This document shows, piece after piece, positions 51,601 through 63,285 of a stretch of DNA of 64,000 nucleotides. The translations under genes were made by a program, and so were the position numbers. Under the pieces are notes generated by a model. That model was given only the letters and a program-made list of their open reading frames with translations, had not been told where the DNA came from and made no database searches. This stretch comes from Eledone cirrhosa. Its lineage: Eukaryota. Within the stretch, counting starts at the first letter, position 1. Each line of letters opens with the position of its first letter. The stretch lies in assembly GCA_964016885.1 (NCBI GenBank), contig CAXHJY010000096.1, positions 1,364,001 through 1,428,000 of the forward strand, given 5' to 3'.

Positions 51601-53600
51601 TCCAGCCCTCCAACGGGCTATAATTTCCAGCGTCCAAGGGGAGATAATTTCCAGCCAGCGAAGGGGAGATAATTTTTTTAAAAAAATCATTGGGAGATTT
51701 GTAAAAAAAATCAGGGGGAGATAATTTGTAAAAAAAATCAAGGGGAGATAATTTCCAGCCGTCCAAGGGGAGGTAATATCTAGCCGTCCAAGGGTAGATA
51801 ATTTCCAGCCGTCCAACGGGAGATAATTTCCAGCCGTCCAAGGGTAGATAATATCCAGCCGCCCAAGGACATATTTTCCAGCCGTCCAAGGAGAGGTAAT
51901 TTCTAGCCGTCCAAGGGGAGATAATTTCCAGCCGTCCAAGGGTAGATAATATCCAGCCGTCCAAGGACATATTTTCCAGCCGTCCAAGGAGAGGTAATTT
52001 CTAGCCGTCCAAGGGGAGATAAATTCCAGCCTCCAAGGGGAGATAATTTCCAGCCAGCCAAGGGGAGATAATTTGTAAAAAAATCAGGGAGAGATAATTT
52101 GTAAAAAAAATCAGGGGGAGATAATTTGTAAAAAAAAATCAGGGGGAGATAATTTGTAAAAAAAAATCAGGGGGAGATAATTTGCAAAAAAAATCAGGGG
52201 GAGATAATTTGTAAAAAAAAATCAGGGGTAGATAATTTGTAAAAAAAAATCAGGGGGAGATAATTTGTAAAAAAAAATCAGGGGGAGATAATTTGTAAAA
52301 AAAATCAAGGGGAGATAATTTCCAGCCGTCCAAGGAGAGATAATTTAAAAAAAAATCAGGCGGAGATAATTTGTAAAAAAAAATCAGGGGGAGATAATTT
52401 GTAAAAAAAAATCAGGGGGAGATAATTTGTAAAAAAAATCAGGGGGAGATAATTTGTAAAAAAAATCAGGAGATAATTTGTAAAAAAAATCAAGGGGAGA
52501 TAATTTCCAGCCGTCCAAGGAGAGATAATTTAAAAAAAAATCAGGCGGAGATAATTTGTAAAAAAAAATCAGGGGGAGATAATTTGTAAAAAAAAATCAG
52601 GGGGAGATAATTTGTAAAAAAAATCAAGGGGAGATAATTTCCAGCCGTCCAAGGGGAGATAATTTTCAGCCGTCCAAGGAGAGGTAATTTCTAACCGTCC
52701 GAGGAGAGATAATTTCCAGCCGTCCAAGGGGAGATAATTTCCAGCCGTCCAAGGGGAGATAATTTCCAGCCGTCCAAGGAGACATATTTTCCAGCCGTCC
52801 AAGGAGAGGTAATTTCTAGCCGTCCAAGGGGAGATAAATTCCAGCCTCCAAGGGGAGATAATTTCCAGCCAGCCAAGGGGAGATAATTTGTAAAAAAATC
52901 AGGGGGAGATAATTTGCAAAAAAAATCAGGGGGAGATAATTTGTAAAAAAAATCAGGGGGAGATAATTTGTAAAAAATAATCAGGGGGAGATAATTTCCA
53001 GCCGTCCAAGGGAAGATAATTTCCAGCCCTCCAAGGGGCTATAATTTCCAGTGTCCAAGGGGAGATAATTTCCAGCCAGCGAAGGGGAGATAATTTTTTT
53101 AAAAAAATCATTGGGAGATTTGTAAAAAAAATCAGGGGGAGATAATTTGTAAAAAAAATCAAGGGGAGATAATTTCCAGCCGTCCAAGGGGAGGTAATAT
53201 CTAGCCGTCCAAGGGGAGATAATTTCCAGCCGTCCAAGGGGAGATAATTTCCAGCCGTCCAAGGGTAGATAATATCCAGCCGCCCAAGGACATATTTTCC
53301 AGCCGTCCAAGGAGAGGTAATTTCTAGCCGTCCAAGGGGAGATAAATTCCAGCCTCCAAGGGGAGATAATTTCCAGCCAGCCAAGGGGAGATAATTTGTA
53401 AAAAAATCAGGGGGAGATAATTTGTAAAAAAAATCAGGGGGAGATAATTTGTAAAAAAAAATCAGGGGGAGATAATTTGTAAAAAAAAATCAGGGGGAGA
53501 TAATTTGCAAAAAAAATCAGGGGGAGATAATTTGTAAAAAAAAATCAGGGGTAGATAATTTGTAAAAAAAAATCAGGGGGAGATAATTTGTAAAAAAAAT
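48640..53600 (+). repeat. Copy of block ~26550-31510 at a 22.09-kb offset (includes the 831-bp duplication)
   Basis: ORF offsets of 22086-22090 (26656->48745, 27967->50057, 29388->51478, 30867->52953), with shared private SNPs GGGGCAGAT, CCGGCCAAG and CCCACCAG. Confidence 0.9.
49818..51430 (+). repeat. 831-bp direct tandem duplication (second instance)
   Basis: ORFs 50057->50888 and 50358->51189 are offset by 831. Confidence 0.88.
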
Positions 53601-56600
53601 CAGGGGGAGATAATTTGTAAAAAAAATCAAGGGGAGATAATTTGTAAAAAAAATCAAGGGGAGATAATTTTCAGCCGTCCAAGGGGAGGTAATATCTAGC
53701 CGTCCAAGGGGAGATAATTTCCAGCCGTCCAACGGGAGATAATTTCCAGCCGTCCAAGGGTAGATAATATCCAGCCGCCCAAGGACATATTTTCCAGCCG
53801 TCCAAGGAGAGGTAATTTCTAGCCGTCCAAGGGGAGATAATTTCCAGCCGTCCAAGGGTAGATAATATCCAGGCCGTCCAAGGACATATTTTCCAGCCGT
53901 CCAAGGAGAGGTAATTTCTAGCCGTCCAAGGGGAGATAAATTCCAGCCTCCAAGGGGAGATAATTTCCAGCCAGCCAAGGGGAGATAATTTGTAAAAAAA
54001 TCAGGGGAGATAATTTGTAAAAAAAATCAGGGGGAGATAATTTGTAAAAAAAAATCAGGAGATAATTTGTAAAAAAAAAATCAGGGGGAGATAATTTGCA
54101 AAAAAAATCAGGGGGAGATAATTTGTAAAAAAAAATCAGGGTAGATAATTTGTAAAAAAAAATCAGGGGGAGATAATTTGTAAAAAAAAATCAGGGGGAG
54201 ATAATTTGTAAAAAAAATCAAGGGGAGATAATTTCCAGCCGTCCAAGGAGAGATAATTTTAAAAAAAATCAGGCGGAGATAATTTGTAAAAAAAATCAGG
54301 GGGAGATAATTTGTAAAAAAAAATCAGGGGAGATAATTTGTAAAAAAAAATCAGGGGGAGATAATTTGTAAAAAAAATCAGGAGGAGATAATTTGTAAAA
54401 AAAATCAAGGGGAGATAATTTCCAGCCGTCCAAGGAGAGATAATTTAAAAAAAAATCAGGCGGAGATAATTTGTAAAAAAAAATCAGGGGGAGATAATTT
54501 GTAAAAAAAATCAGGGGGAGATAATTTGTAAAAAAAATCAAGGGGAGATAATTTCCAGCCGTCCAAGGGGAGATAATTTTCAGCCGTCCAAGGAGAGGTA
54601 ATTTCTAACCGTCCGAGGAGAGATAATTTCCAGCCGTCCAAGGGGAGATAATTTCCAGCCGTCCAAGGGGAGATAATTTCCAGCCGTCCAAGGAGACATA
54701 TTTTCCAGCCGTCCAAGGAGAGGTAATTTCTAGCCGTCCAAGGGGAGATAAATTCCAGCCTCCAAGGGGAGATAATTTCCAGCCAGCCAAGGGGAGATAA
54801 TTTGTAAAAAAATCAGGGGGAGATAATTTGCAAAAAAAATCAGGGGGAGATAATTTGTAAAAAAAATCAGGGGGAGATAATTTGTTGTAAAAAATAATCA
54901 GGGGGAGATAATTTCCAGCCGTCCAAGGGAAGATAATTTCCAGCCCTCCAAGGGGCTATAATTTCCAGTGTCCAAGGGGAGATAATTTCCAGCCAGCGAA
55001 GGGGAGATAATTTTTTTAAAAAAATCATTGGGAGATTTGTAAAAAAAATCAGGGGGAGATAATTTGTAAAAAAAATCAAGGGGAGATAATTTCCAGCCGT
55101 CCAAGGGGAGGTAATATCTAGCCGTCCAAGGGGAGATAATTTCCAGCCGTCCAAGGGTAGATAATATCCAGCCGCCCAAGGACATATTTTCCAGCCGTCC
55201 AAGGAGAGGTAATTTCTAGCCGTCCAAGGGGAGATAAATTCCAGCCTCCGAGGGGAGATAATTTCCAGCCAGCCAAGGGGAGATAATTTGTAAAAAAATC
55301 AGGGGGAGATAATTTGTAAAAAAAATCAGGGGGAGATAATTTGTAAAAAAAAATCAGGGGGAGATAATTTGTAAAAAAAAATCAGGGGGAGATAATTTGC
55401 AAAAAAAATCAGGGGGAGATAATTTGTAAAAAAAAATCAGGGGTAGATAATTTGTAAAAAAAAATCAGGGGGAGATAATTTGTAAAAAAAAATCAGGGGG
55501 AGATAATTTGTAAAAAAAATCAAGGGGAGATAATTTCCAGCCGTCCAAGGAGAGATAATTTAAAAAAAAATCAGGCGGAGATAATTTGTAAAAAAAAATC
55601 AGGGGGAGATAATTTGTAAAAAAAATCAGGGGGAGATAATTTGTAAAAAAAAATCAGGGGTAGATAATTTGTAAAAAAAAATCAGGGGGAGATAATTTGT
55701 AAAAAAAAATCAGGGGGAGATAATTTGTAAAAAAAATCAAGGGGAGATAATTTCCAGCCGTCCAAGGAGAGATAATTTAAAAAAAAATCAGGCGGAGATA
55801 ATTTGTAAAAAAAAATTAGGGGGAGATAATTTGTAAAAAAAAATCAGGGGGAGATAATTTGTAAAAAAAATCAAGGGGAGATAATTTCCAGCCGTCCAAG
55901 GGGAGATAATTTTCAGCCGTCCAAGGGGAGATAATTTCCCGCCAGCCAAGGGAAGATAATATTAAAAAAAATCAGGCGGAGATAATTTGTAAAAAAAATC
56001 AGGGGGAGATAATTTGTAAAAAAATCAGGGGGAGATAATTTGTAAAAAAAAAAATCAGGGGGAGATAATTTGTAAAAAAAATCAGGGGGAGATAATTTGT
56101 AAAAAAAAATCAGGGGTAGATAATTTGTAAAAAAAAATCAGGGGGAGATAATTTGTAAAAAAAAATCAGGGGGAGATAATTTGTAAAAAAAATGAAAGGG
56201 GAGATAATATCCAGCCGTCCAAGGGGAGATAATTTCCAGCCGTCCAAGGGGAGATAATTTCCAGCCGTCCAAGGGGAGAAAATTTCCATCCTTCCAAGGG
56301 GATATAATTTCCAGCCGTCCAAGGGGAGATAATTTCCATCCTTCCAAGGGGATATAATTTCCAGCCGTCCAAGGGGAGATAATTTTCAGCCGTCCAAGGA
56401 GAGGTAATTTCTAGCCGTCCAAGGAGAGATAATTTCCAGCCGTCCAAGGGGAGATAATTTCCAGCCGTCCAAGGGGAGATAATTTCCAGCCGTCCAAGGA
56501 GACATATTTTCCAGCCGTCCAAGGAGAGGTAATTCCTAGCCGTCCAAGGGGAGATAAATTCCAGCCTCCAAGGGGAGATAATTTCCAGCCAGCCAAGGGG

Positions 56601-57948
56601 AGATAATTTGTAAAAAAAATCAGGGGGAGATAATTTCTAAAAAAAATCAGGGGGAGATAATTTGTAAAAAAAAATCAGGGGGAGATAATTTGTAAAAAAT
56701 AATCAGGGGGAGATAATTTGTAAAAAAAATCAAGGGGAGATAATTTCCAGCCGTCCAAGGGGAGATAATTTTCAGCCGTCCAAGGGGAGATAATTTCCCG
56801 CCAGCCAAGGGAAGATAATATTTAAAAAAATTAGGCGGAGATAATTTGTAAAAAAAATCAGGGGGAGATAATTTGTAAAAAAATCAGGGGGAGATAATTT
56901 GTAAAAAAAATCAGGGGGAGATAATTTGTAAAAAAAATCAGGGGGAGATAATTTGTAAAAAAAAATCAGGGGTAGATAATTTGTAAAAAAAAATCAGGGG
57001 GAGATAATTTGTAAAAAAAAATCAGGGGGAGATAATTTGTAAAAAAAATCAAGGGGAGATAATTTCCAGCCGTCCAAGGAGAGATAATTTTAAAAAAAAT
57101 CAGGCGGAGATAATTTGTAAAAAAAAATCAGGGGGAGATAATTTGTAAAAAAAATCAAGGGGAGATAATTTCCAGCAGTCCAAGGGGAGATAATTTTCAG
57201 CCGTCCAAGGGGAGATAATTTCCCGCCAGCCAAGGGAAGATAATTTCCAGCCCTCCAAGGGGCTATAATTTCCAGCGTCCAAGGGGAGATAATTTCCAGC
57301 CAGCGAAGGGGAGATAATTTTTTTAAAAAAATCATTGGGAGATTTGTAAAAAAAATCAGGGGGAGATAATTTGTAAAAAAAATCAAGGGGAGATAATTTC
57401 CAGCCGTCCAAGGGGAGGTAATATCTAGCCGTCCAAGGGTAGATAATTTCCAGCCGTCCAACGGGAGATAATTTCCAGCCGTCCAAGGGTAGATAATATC
57501 CAGCCGCCCAAGGACATATTTTCCAGCCGTCCAAGGAGAGGTAATTTCTAGCCGTCCAAGGGGAGATAATTTCCAGCCGTCCAAGGGTAGATAATATCCA
57601 GCCGTCCAAGGACATATTTTCCAGCCGTCCAAGGAGAGGTAATTTCTAGCCGTCCAAGGGGAGATAAATTCCAGCCTCCAAGGGGAGATAATTTCCAGCC
57701 AGCCAAGGGGAGATAATTTGTAAAAAAATCAGGGGGAGATAATTTGTAAAAAAAATCAGGGGGAGATAATTTGTAAAAAAAAATCAGGGGGAGATAATTT
57801 GTAAAAAAAAATCAGGGGGAGATAATTTGCAAAAAAAATCAGGGGGAGATAATTTGTAAAAAAAAATCAGGGGTAGATAATTTGTAAAAAAAAATCAGGG
57901 GGAGATAATTTGTAAAAAAAATCAGGGGGAGATAATTTGTAAAAAAAA

Positions 57949-60900
57949 TCAAGGGGAGATAATTTCCAGCCGTCCAAGGAGAGATAATTTTAAAAAAAAT
58001 CAGGCGGAGATAATTTGTAAAAAAAAATCAGGGGGAGATAATTTGTAAAAAAAAATCAGGGGGAGATAATTTGTAAAAAAAAATCAGGGGGAGATAATTT
58101 GTAAAAAAAATCAGGAGGAGATAATTTGTAAAAAAAATCAAGGGGAGATAATTTCCAGCCGTCCAAGGAGAGATAATTTAAAAAAAAATCAGGCGGAGAT
58201 AATTTGTAAAAAAAAATCAGGGGGAGATAATTTGTAAAAAAAAATCAGGGGGAGATAATTTGTAAAAAAAATCAAGGGGAGATAATTTCCAGCCGTCCAA
58301 GGGGAGATAATTTTCAGCCGTCCAAGGGGAGATAATTTCCCGCCAGCCAAGGGAAGATAATATTCAAAAAAATCAGGCGGAGATAATTTGTAAAAAAAAT
58401 CAGGGGGAGATAATTTGTAAAAAAATCAGGGGGAGATAATTTGTAAAAAAAAAAATCAGGGGGAGATAATTTGTAAAAAAAATCAGGGGGAGATAATTTG
58501 TAAAAAAAAATCAGGGGTAGATAATTTGTAAAAAAAAATCAGGGGTAGATAAATTGTAAAAAAAAATCAGGGGGAGATAATTTGTAAAAAAAATCAGGGG
58601 GAGATAATTTGTAAAAAAAATGAAAGGGGAGATAATATCCAGCCGTCCAAGGGGAGATAATTTCCAGCCGTCCAAGGGGAGATAATTTCCAGCCGTCCAA
58701 GGGGAGATAATTTCCATCCTTCCAAGGGGATATAATTTCCAGCCGTCCAAGGGGAGATAATTTCCCGCCAGCCAAGGGAAGATAATTTTTAAAAAAATCA
58801 GGCGGAGATTGTAAAAAAAATCAGGGGGGAGATAATTTGTAAAAAAATCAGGGGGAGATAATTTGTAAAAAAAAATCAGGGGGAGATAATTTGTAAAAAA
58901 TATTCAGGGGGAGATAATTTGTAAAAAAAATCAAGGGGAGATAATTTCCAGCCGTCCAAGGGGAGATAATTTCCCGCCAGCCAAGGGAAGATAATATTTA
59001 AAAAAATTAGGCGGAGATAATTTGTAAAAAAAATCAGGGGGAGATAATTTGTAAAAAAATCAGGGGGAGATAATTTGTAAAAAAAATCAGGGGGAGATAA
59101 TTTGTAAAAAAATTCATGTGGAGATAATTTGTAAAAAAAAATCAGGGGTAGATAATTTGTAAAAAAAAATCAGGGGGAGATAATTTGTAAAAAAAAATCA
59201 GGGGGAGATAATTTGTAAAAAAAATCAAGGGGAGATAATTTCCAGCCGTCCAAGGGGAGATAATTTTCAGCCGTCCAAGGAGAGGTAATTTCTAGCCGTC
59301 CAAGGGGAGATAATTTCCAGCCGTCCAAGGGGAGGTAATTTCCAGCCGTCCAAGGGGAGATAATTTAAAAAAAAAAATCAGTCGGAGATAATTTGTAAAA
59401 AAAATCAAGGGGAGATAATTTGCAGCCGTCCAAGGGGAGATAATTTTCAGTCGTCCAAGGAGAGGTAATTTCTAGCCGTCCAAGGGGAGATAATTGCCAG
59501 CCGTCCAAGGGGAGATAATTTCCAGCCGTCCAAGGGGAGATAATTTTTTTTAAAAAATCAGGCGGAGATAATTTGTAAAAAAAATCAGGGGGAGATAATT
59601 TGTAAACAAAATCAGGGGGAGATAATTTGTAAAAAAAAATCAGGGGGAGATAATTTGTAAAAAAAATCATGGAGAGATAATTTCCAGCCGTCCAAGGTGA
59701 GATAATTTCAACCCGTCCAAGGAGACATATTTTCCAGCCGTCCAAGGCGAGGTAATTTCTAGCCGTCCAAGGGGAGATAAATTCCAGCCTCCAAGGGGAG
59801 ATAATTTCCAGCTAGCCAAGTGGAGATAATTTGTAAAAAAATCAGGGGGAGATAATTTGTAAAAAATATCAGGGAGATAATTTGTAAAAAAAAATCAGGG
59901 GGAGATAATTTGTAAAAAAAATCAGGGGGAGATAATTTGTAAAAAAAAATCAGGGGGAGATAATTTGTAAAAAAAATCAAGGGGAGATAATTTCCAGCCG
60001 TCCAAGGGGAGATAATTTTCAGCCGTCCAAGGGGAGATAATTTCCCGCCAGCCAAGGGAAGATAATATTTAAAAAAATCAGGCGGAGATAATTTGTAAAA
60101 AAAATCAGGGGGAGATAATTTGTAAAAAAATCAGGGGGAGATAATTTGTAAAAAAAAAATCAGGGGGAGATAATTTGTAAAAAAAATCAGGGGGAGATAA
60201 TTTGTAAAAAAAAATCAGGGATAGATAATTTGTAAACAAAAATCAGGGGGAGATAATTTGTAAAAAAAAATCAGGGGGAGATAATTTGTAAAAAAAATGA
60301 AAGGGGAGATAATATCCAGCCGTCCAAGGGGAGATAATTTCCAGCCGTCCAAGGGGATATAATTTCCAGCCGTCCAAGGGGAGATAATTTCCATCCTTCC
60401 AAGGGGATATAATTTCCAGCCGTCCAAGGGGAGATAATTTCCCGCCAGCCAAGGGAAGATAATTTTTAAAAAAATCAGGCGGAGATTGTAAAAAAAATCA
60501 GGGGGGAGATAATTTGTAAAAAAATCAGGGGGAGATAATTTGTAAAAAATAATCAGCGGGAGATAATTTGTAAAAAAATTCAAGGGGAGATAATTTCCAG
60601 CCGTCCAAGGGGAGATAATTTCCCGCCAGCCAAGGGAAGATAATATTTAAAAAAATTAGGCGGAGATAATTTGTAAAAAAAATCAGGGGGAGATAATTTG
60701 TAAAAAAATCAGGGGGAGATAATTTGTAAAAAAAATCAGGGGGAGATAATTTGTAAAAAAAATCATGGGGAGATAATTTGTAAAAAAAAATCAGGGGTAG
60801 ATAATTTGTAAAAAAAAATCAGGGGGAGATAATTTGTAAAAAAAAATCAGGGGGAGATAATTTGTAAAAAAAATCAAGGGGAGATAATATCCAGCCGTCC

Positions 60901-63285
60901 AAGGAGAGATAATTTAAAAAAAAAATGAGGCGGAGATAATTTGTAAAAAAAAAATCAGGGGGAGTTAATTTGTAAAAAAAAATGAGGGGGAGATAATTTG
61001 TAAAAAAAATCAAGGGGAGATAATTTCCAGCCGTCCAAGGGGAGATAATTTTCAGCCGTCCAAGGAGAGGTAATTTCTAGCCGTCCAAGGGGAGATAATT
61101 TCCAGCCGTCCAAGGGGAGGTAATTTCCAGCCGTCCAAGGGGAGATAATTTTAAAAAAAAAATCAGGCGGAGATAATTTGTAAAAAAAATCAAGGGGAGA
61201 TAATTTGCAGCCGTCCAAGGGGAGATAATTTTCAGTCGTCCAAGGAGAGGTAATTTCTAGCCGTCCAAGGGGAGATAATTTCCAGCCGTCCAAGGGGAGA
61301 TAATTTCCAGCCGTCCAAGGGGAGATAATTTTTTTTTAAAAATCAGGCGGAGATAATTTGTAAAAAAAATCAGGGGGAGATAATTTGTAAACAAAATCAG
61401 GGGGAGATAATTTGTAAAAAAAAATCAGGGGGAGATAATTTGTAAAAAAAATTAGGCGTAGATAATTTGTAAAAAAAAATCAGGGGGAGATAATTTGTAA
61501 AAAAAAATCAGGGGGAGATAATTTGTTTAAAAAATCAAGGGGAGATAATTTGCAGCCGTCCAAGGGGAGATAATTTTCAGCCGTCCAAGGAGAGGTAATT
61601 TCTAGCCGTTCAAGGGGAGATAATTTCCAGCCGTCCAAGGGGAGATAATTTCCAGCCGTCCAAGGGGAGATAATTTTTTTTAAAAAATCAGGCGGAGATA
61701 ATTTGTAAAAAAAAATCAGGGGGAGATAATTCGTAAAAAAAAATCAGGGGGAGATAATTTGTAAAAAAAAATCAGGGGGAGATAATTTGTAAAAAAAATC
61801 AAGGGGAGATAATTTCCAGCCGTCCAAGGGGAGGTAATATCTAGCCGTCCAAGGGGAGATAATTTCCAGCCGTCCAAGGGGAGATAATTTCCAGCCGTCC
61901 AAGGGGAGATAATTTCCAGCCGTCCAAGGAGACATATTTTCCAGCCGTCCAAGGCGAGGTAATTTCTAGCCGTCCAAGGGGAGATTAATTCCAGCCTCCA
62001 AGGGGAGATAATTTCCAGCCAGCCAAGGGGAGATAATTTGTAAAAAAATCAGGGGGAGATAATTTGTAAAAAATATCAGGGAGATAATTTGTAAAAAAAA
62101 ATCAGGGGGAGATAATTTGTAAAAAAAATCAGGGGGAGATAATTTGTAAAAAAAAATCAGGGGGAGATAATTTGTAAAAAAAATCAAGGGGAGATAATTT
62201 CCAGCCGTCCAAGGGGAGATAATTTTCAGCCGTCCAAGGAGAGGTAATTTCTAACCGTCCGAGGAGAGATAATTTCCAGCCGTCCAAGGGGAGATAATTT
62301 CCAGCCGTCCAAGGGGAGATAATTTCCAGCCGTCCAAGGAGACATATTTTCCAGCCGTCCAAGGAGAGGTAATTTCTAGCCGTCCAAGGGGAGATAAATT
62401 CCAGCCTCCAAGGGGAGATAATTTCCAGCCAGCCAAGGGGAGATAATTTGTAAAAAAATCAGGGGGAGATAATTTGCAAAAAAAATCAGGGGGAGATAAT
62501 TTGTAAAAAAAATCAGGGGGAGATAATTTGTAAAAAATAATCAGGGGGAGATAATTTCCAGCCGTCCAAGGGAAGATAATTTCCAGCCCTCCAAGGGGCT
62601 ATAATTTCCAGTGTCCAAGGGGAGATAATTTCCAGCCAGCGAAGGGGAGATAATTTTTTTTAAAAAATCATTGGGAGATTTGTAAAAAAAATCAGGGGGA
62701 GATAATTTGTAAAAAAAGTCAAGGGGAGATAATTTCCAGCCGTCCAAGGGGAGGTAATATCTAGCCGTCCAAGGGTAGATAATTTCCAGCCGTCCAACGG
62801 GAGATAATTTCCAGCCGTCCAAGGGTAGATAATATCCAGCCGCCCAAGGACATATTTTCCAGCCGTCCAAGGAGAGGTAATTTCTAGCCGTCCAAGGGGA
62901 GATAATTTCCAGCCGTCCAAGGGTAGATAATATCCAGCCGTCCAAGGACATATTTTCCAGCCGTCCAAGGAGAGGTAATTTCTAGCCGTCCAAGGGGAGA
63001 TAAATTCCAGCCTGCAAGGGGAGATAATTTCCAGCCAGCCAAGGGGAGATAATTTGTAAAAAAATCAGGGGGAGATAATTTGTAAAAAAAATCAGGGGGA
63101 GATAATTTGTAAAAAAAAATCAGGGGGAGATAATTTGTAAAAAAAAATCAGGGTGAGATAATTTGCAAAAAAAATCAGGGGGAGATAATTTGTAAAAGAA
63201 AATCAGGGGTAGATAATTTGTAAAAAAAAATCAGGGGGAGATAATTTGTAAAAAAAAATCAGGGGGAGATAATTTGTAAAAAAAA
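57949..63285 (+). repeat. HOR copy of the copy-1 type with a ~1.47-kb deletion at ~58530 (5337 bp)
   Basis: ORF offsets 3370->59759 (56389), 5277->61716 and 6102->62541 (56439). It shares private variants AAAAGTCAAG and GTAAAAGAAAATC with copy 1. Confidence 0.88.

Larger units (their letters stand above)
26066..57948 (+). repeat. Rearranged HOR domain: ten truncated or recombined units of ~4148, 1328, 3475, 3440, 6065, 3604, 4179, 1913, 1302 and 2429 bp
   Basis: The anchor that follows the ATTTGCA marker monomer occurs at 26066, 30214, 31542, 35017, 38457, 44522, 48126, 52305, 54218, 55520 and 57949. The same modules as in copies 1-4 appear in shuffled subsets. Confidence 0.8.

Noticed and set aside
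647-62968. Numerous minus-strand ORFs of 61-230 aa (LPLDGWKLSPLGRLEIISPWTAGNY / FFYKLSPPD repeats)
   Set aside because: The reverse complement of the 25-bp B unit has no stop codon in any frame, and the 27-bp A unit is open in two frames. The + strand has TAA in nearly every unit. ORFs overlap in all three frames, mostly start at TTG, and are broken by non-triplet A-run changes. They are not credible genes.
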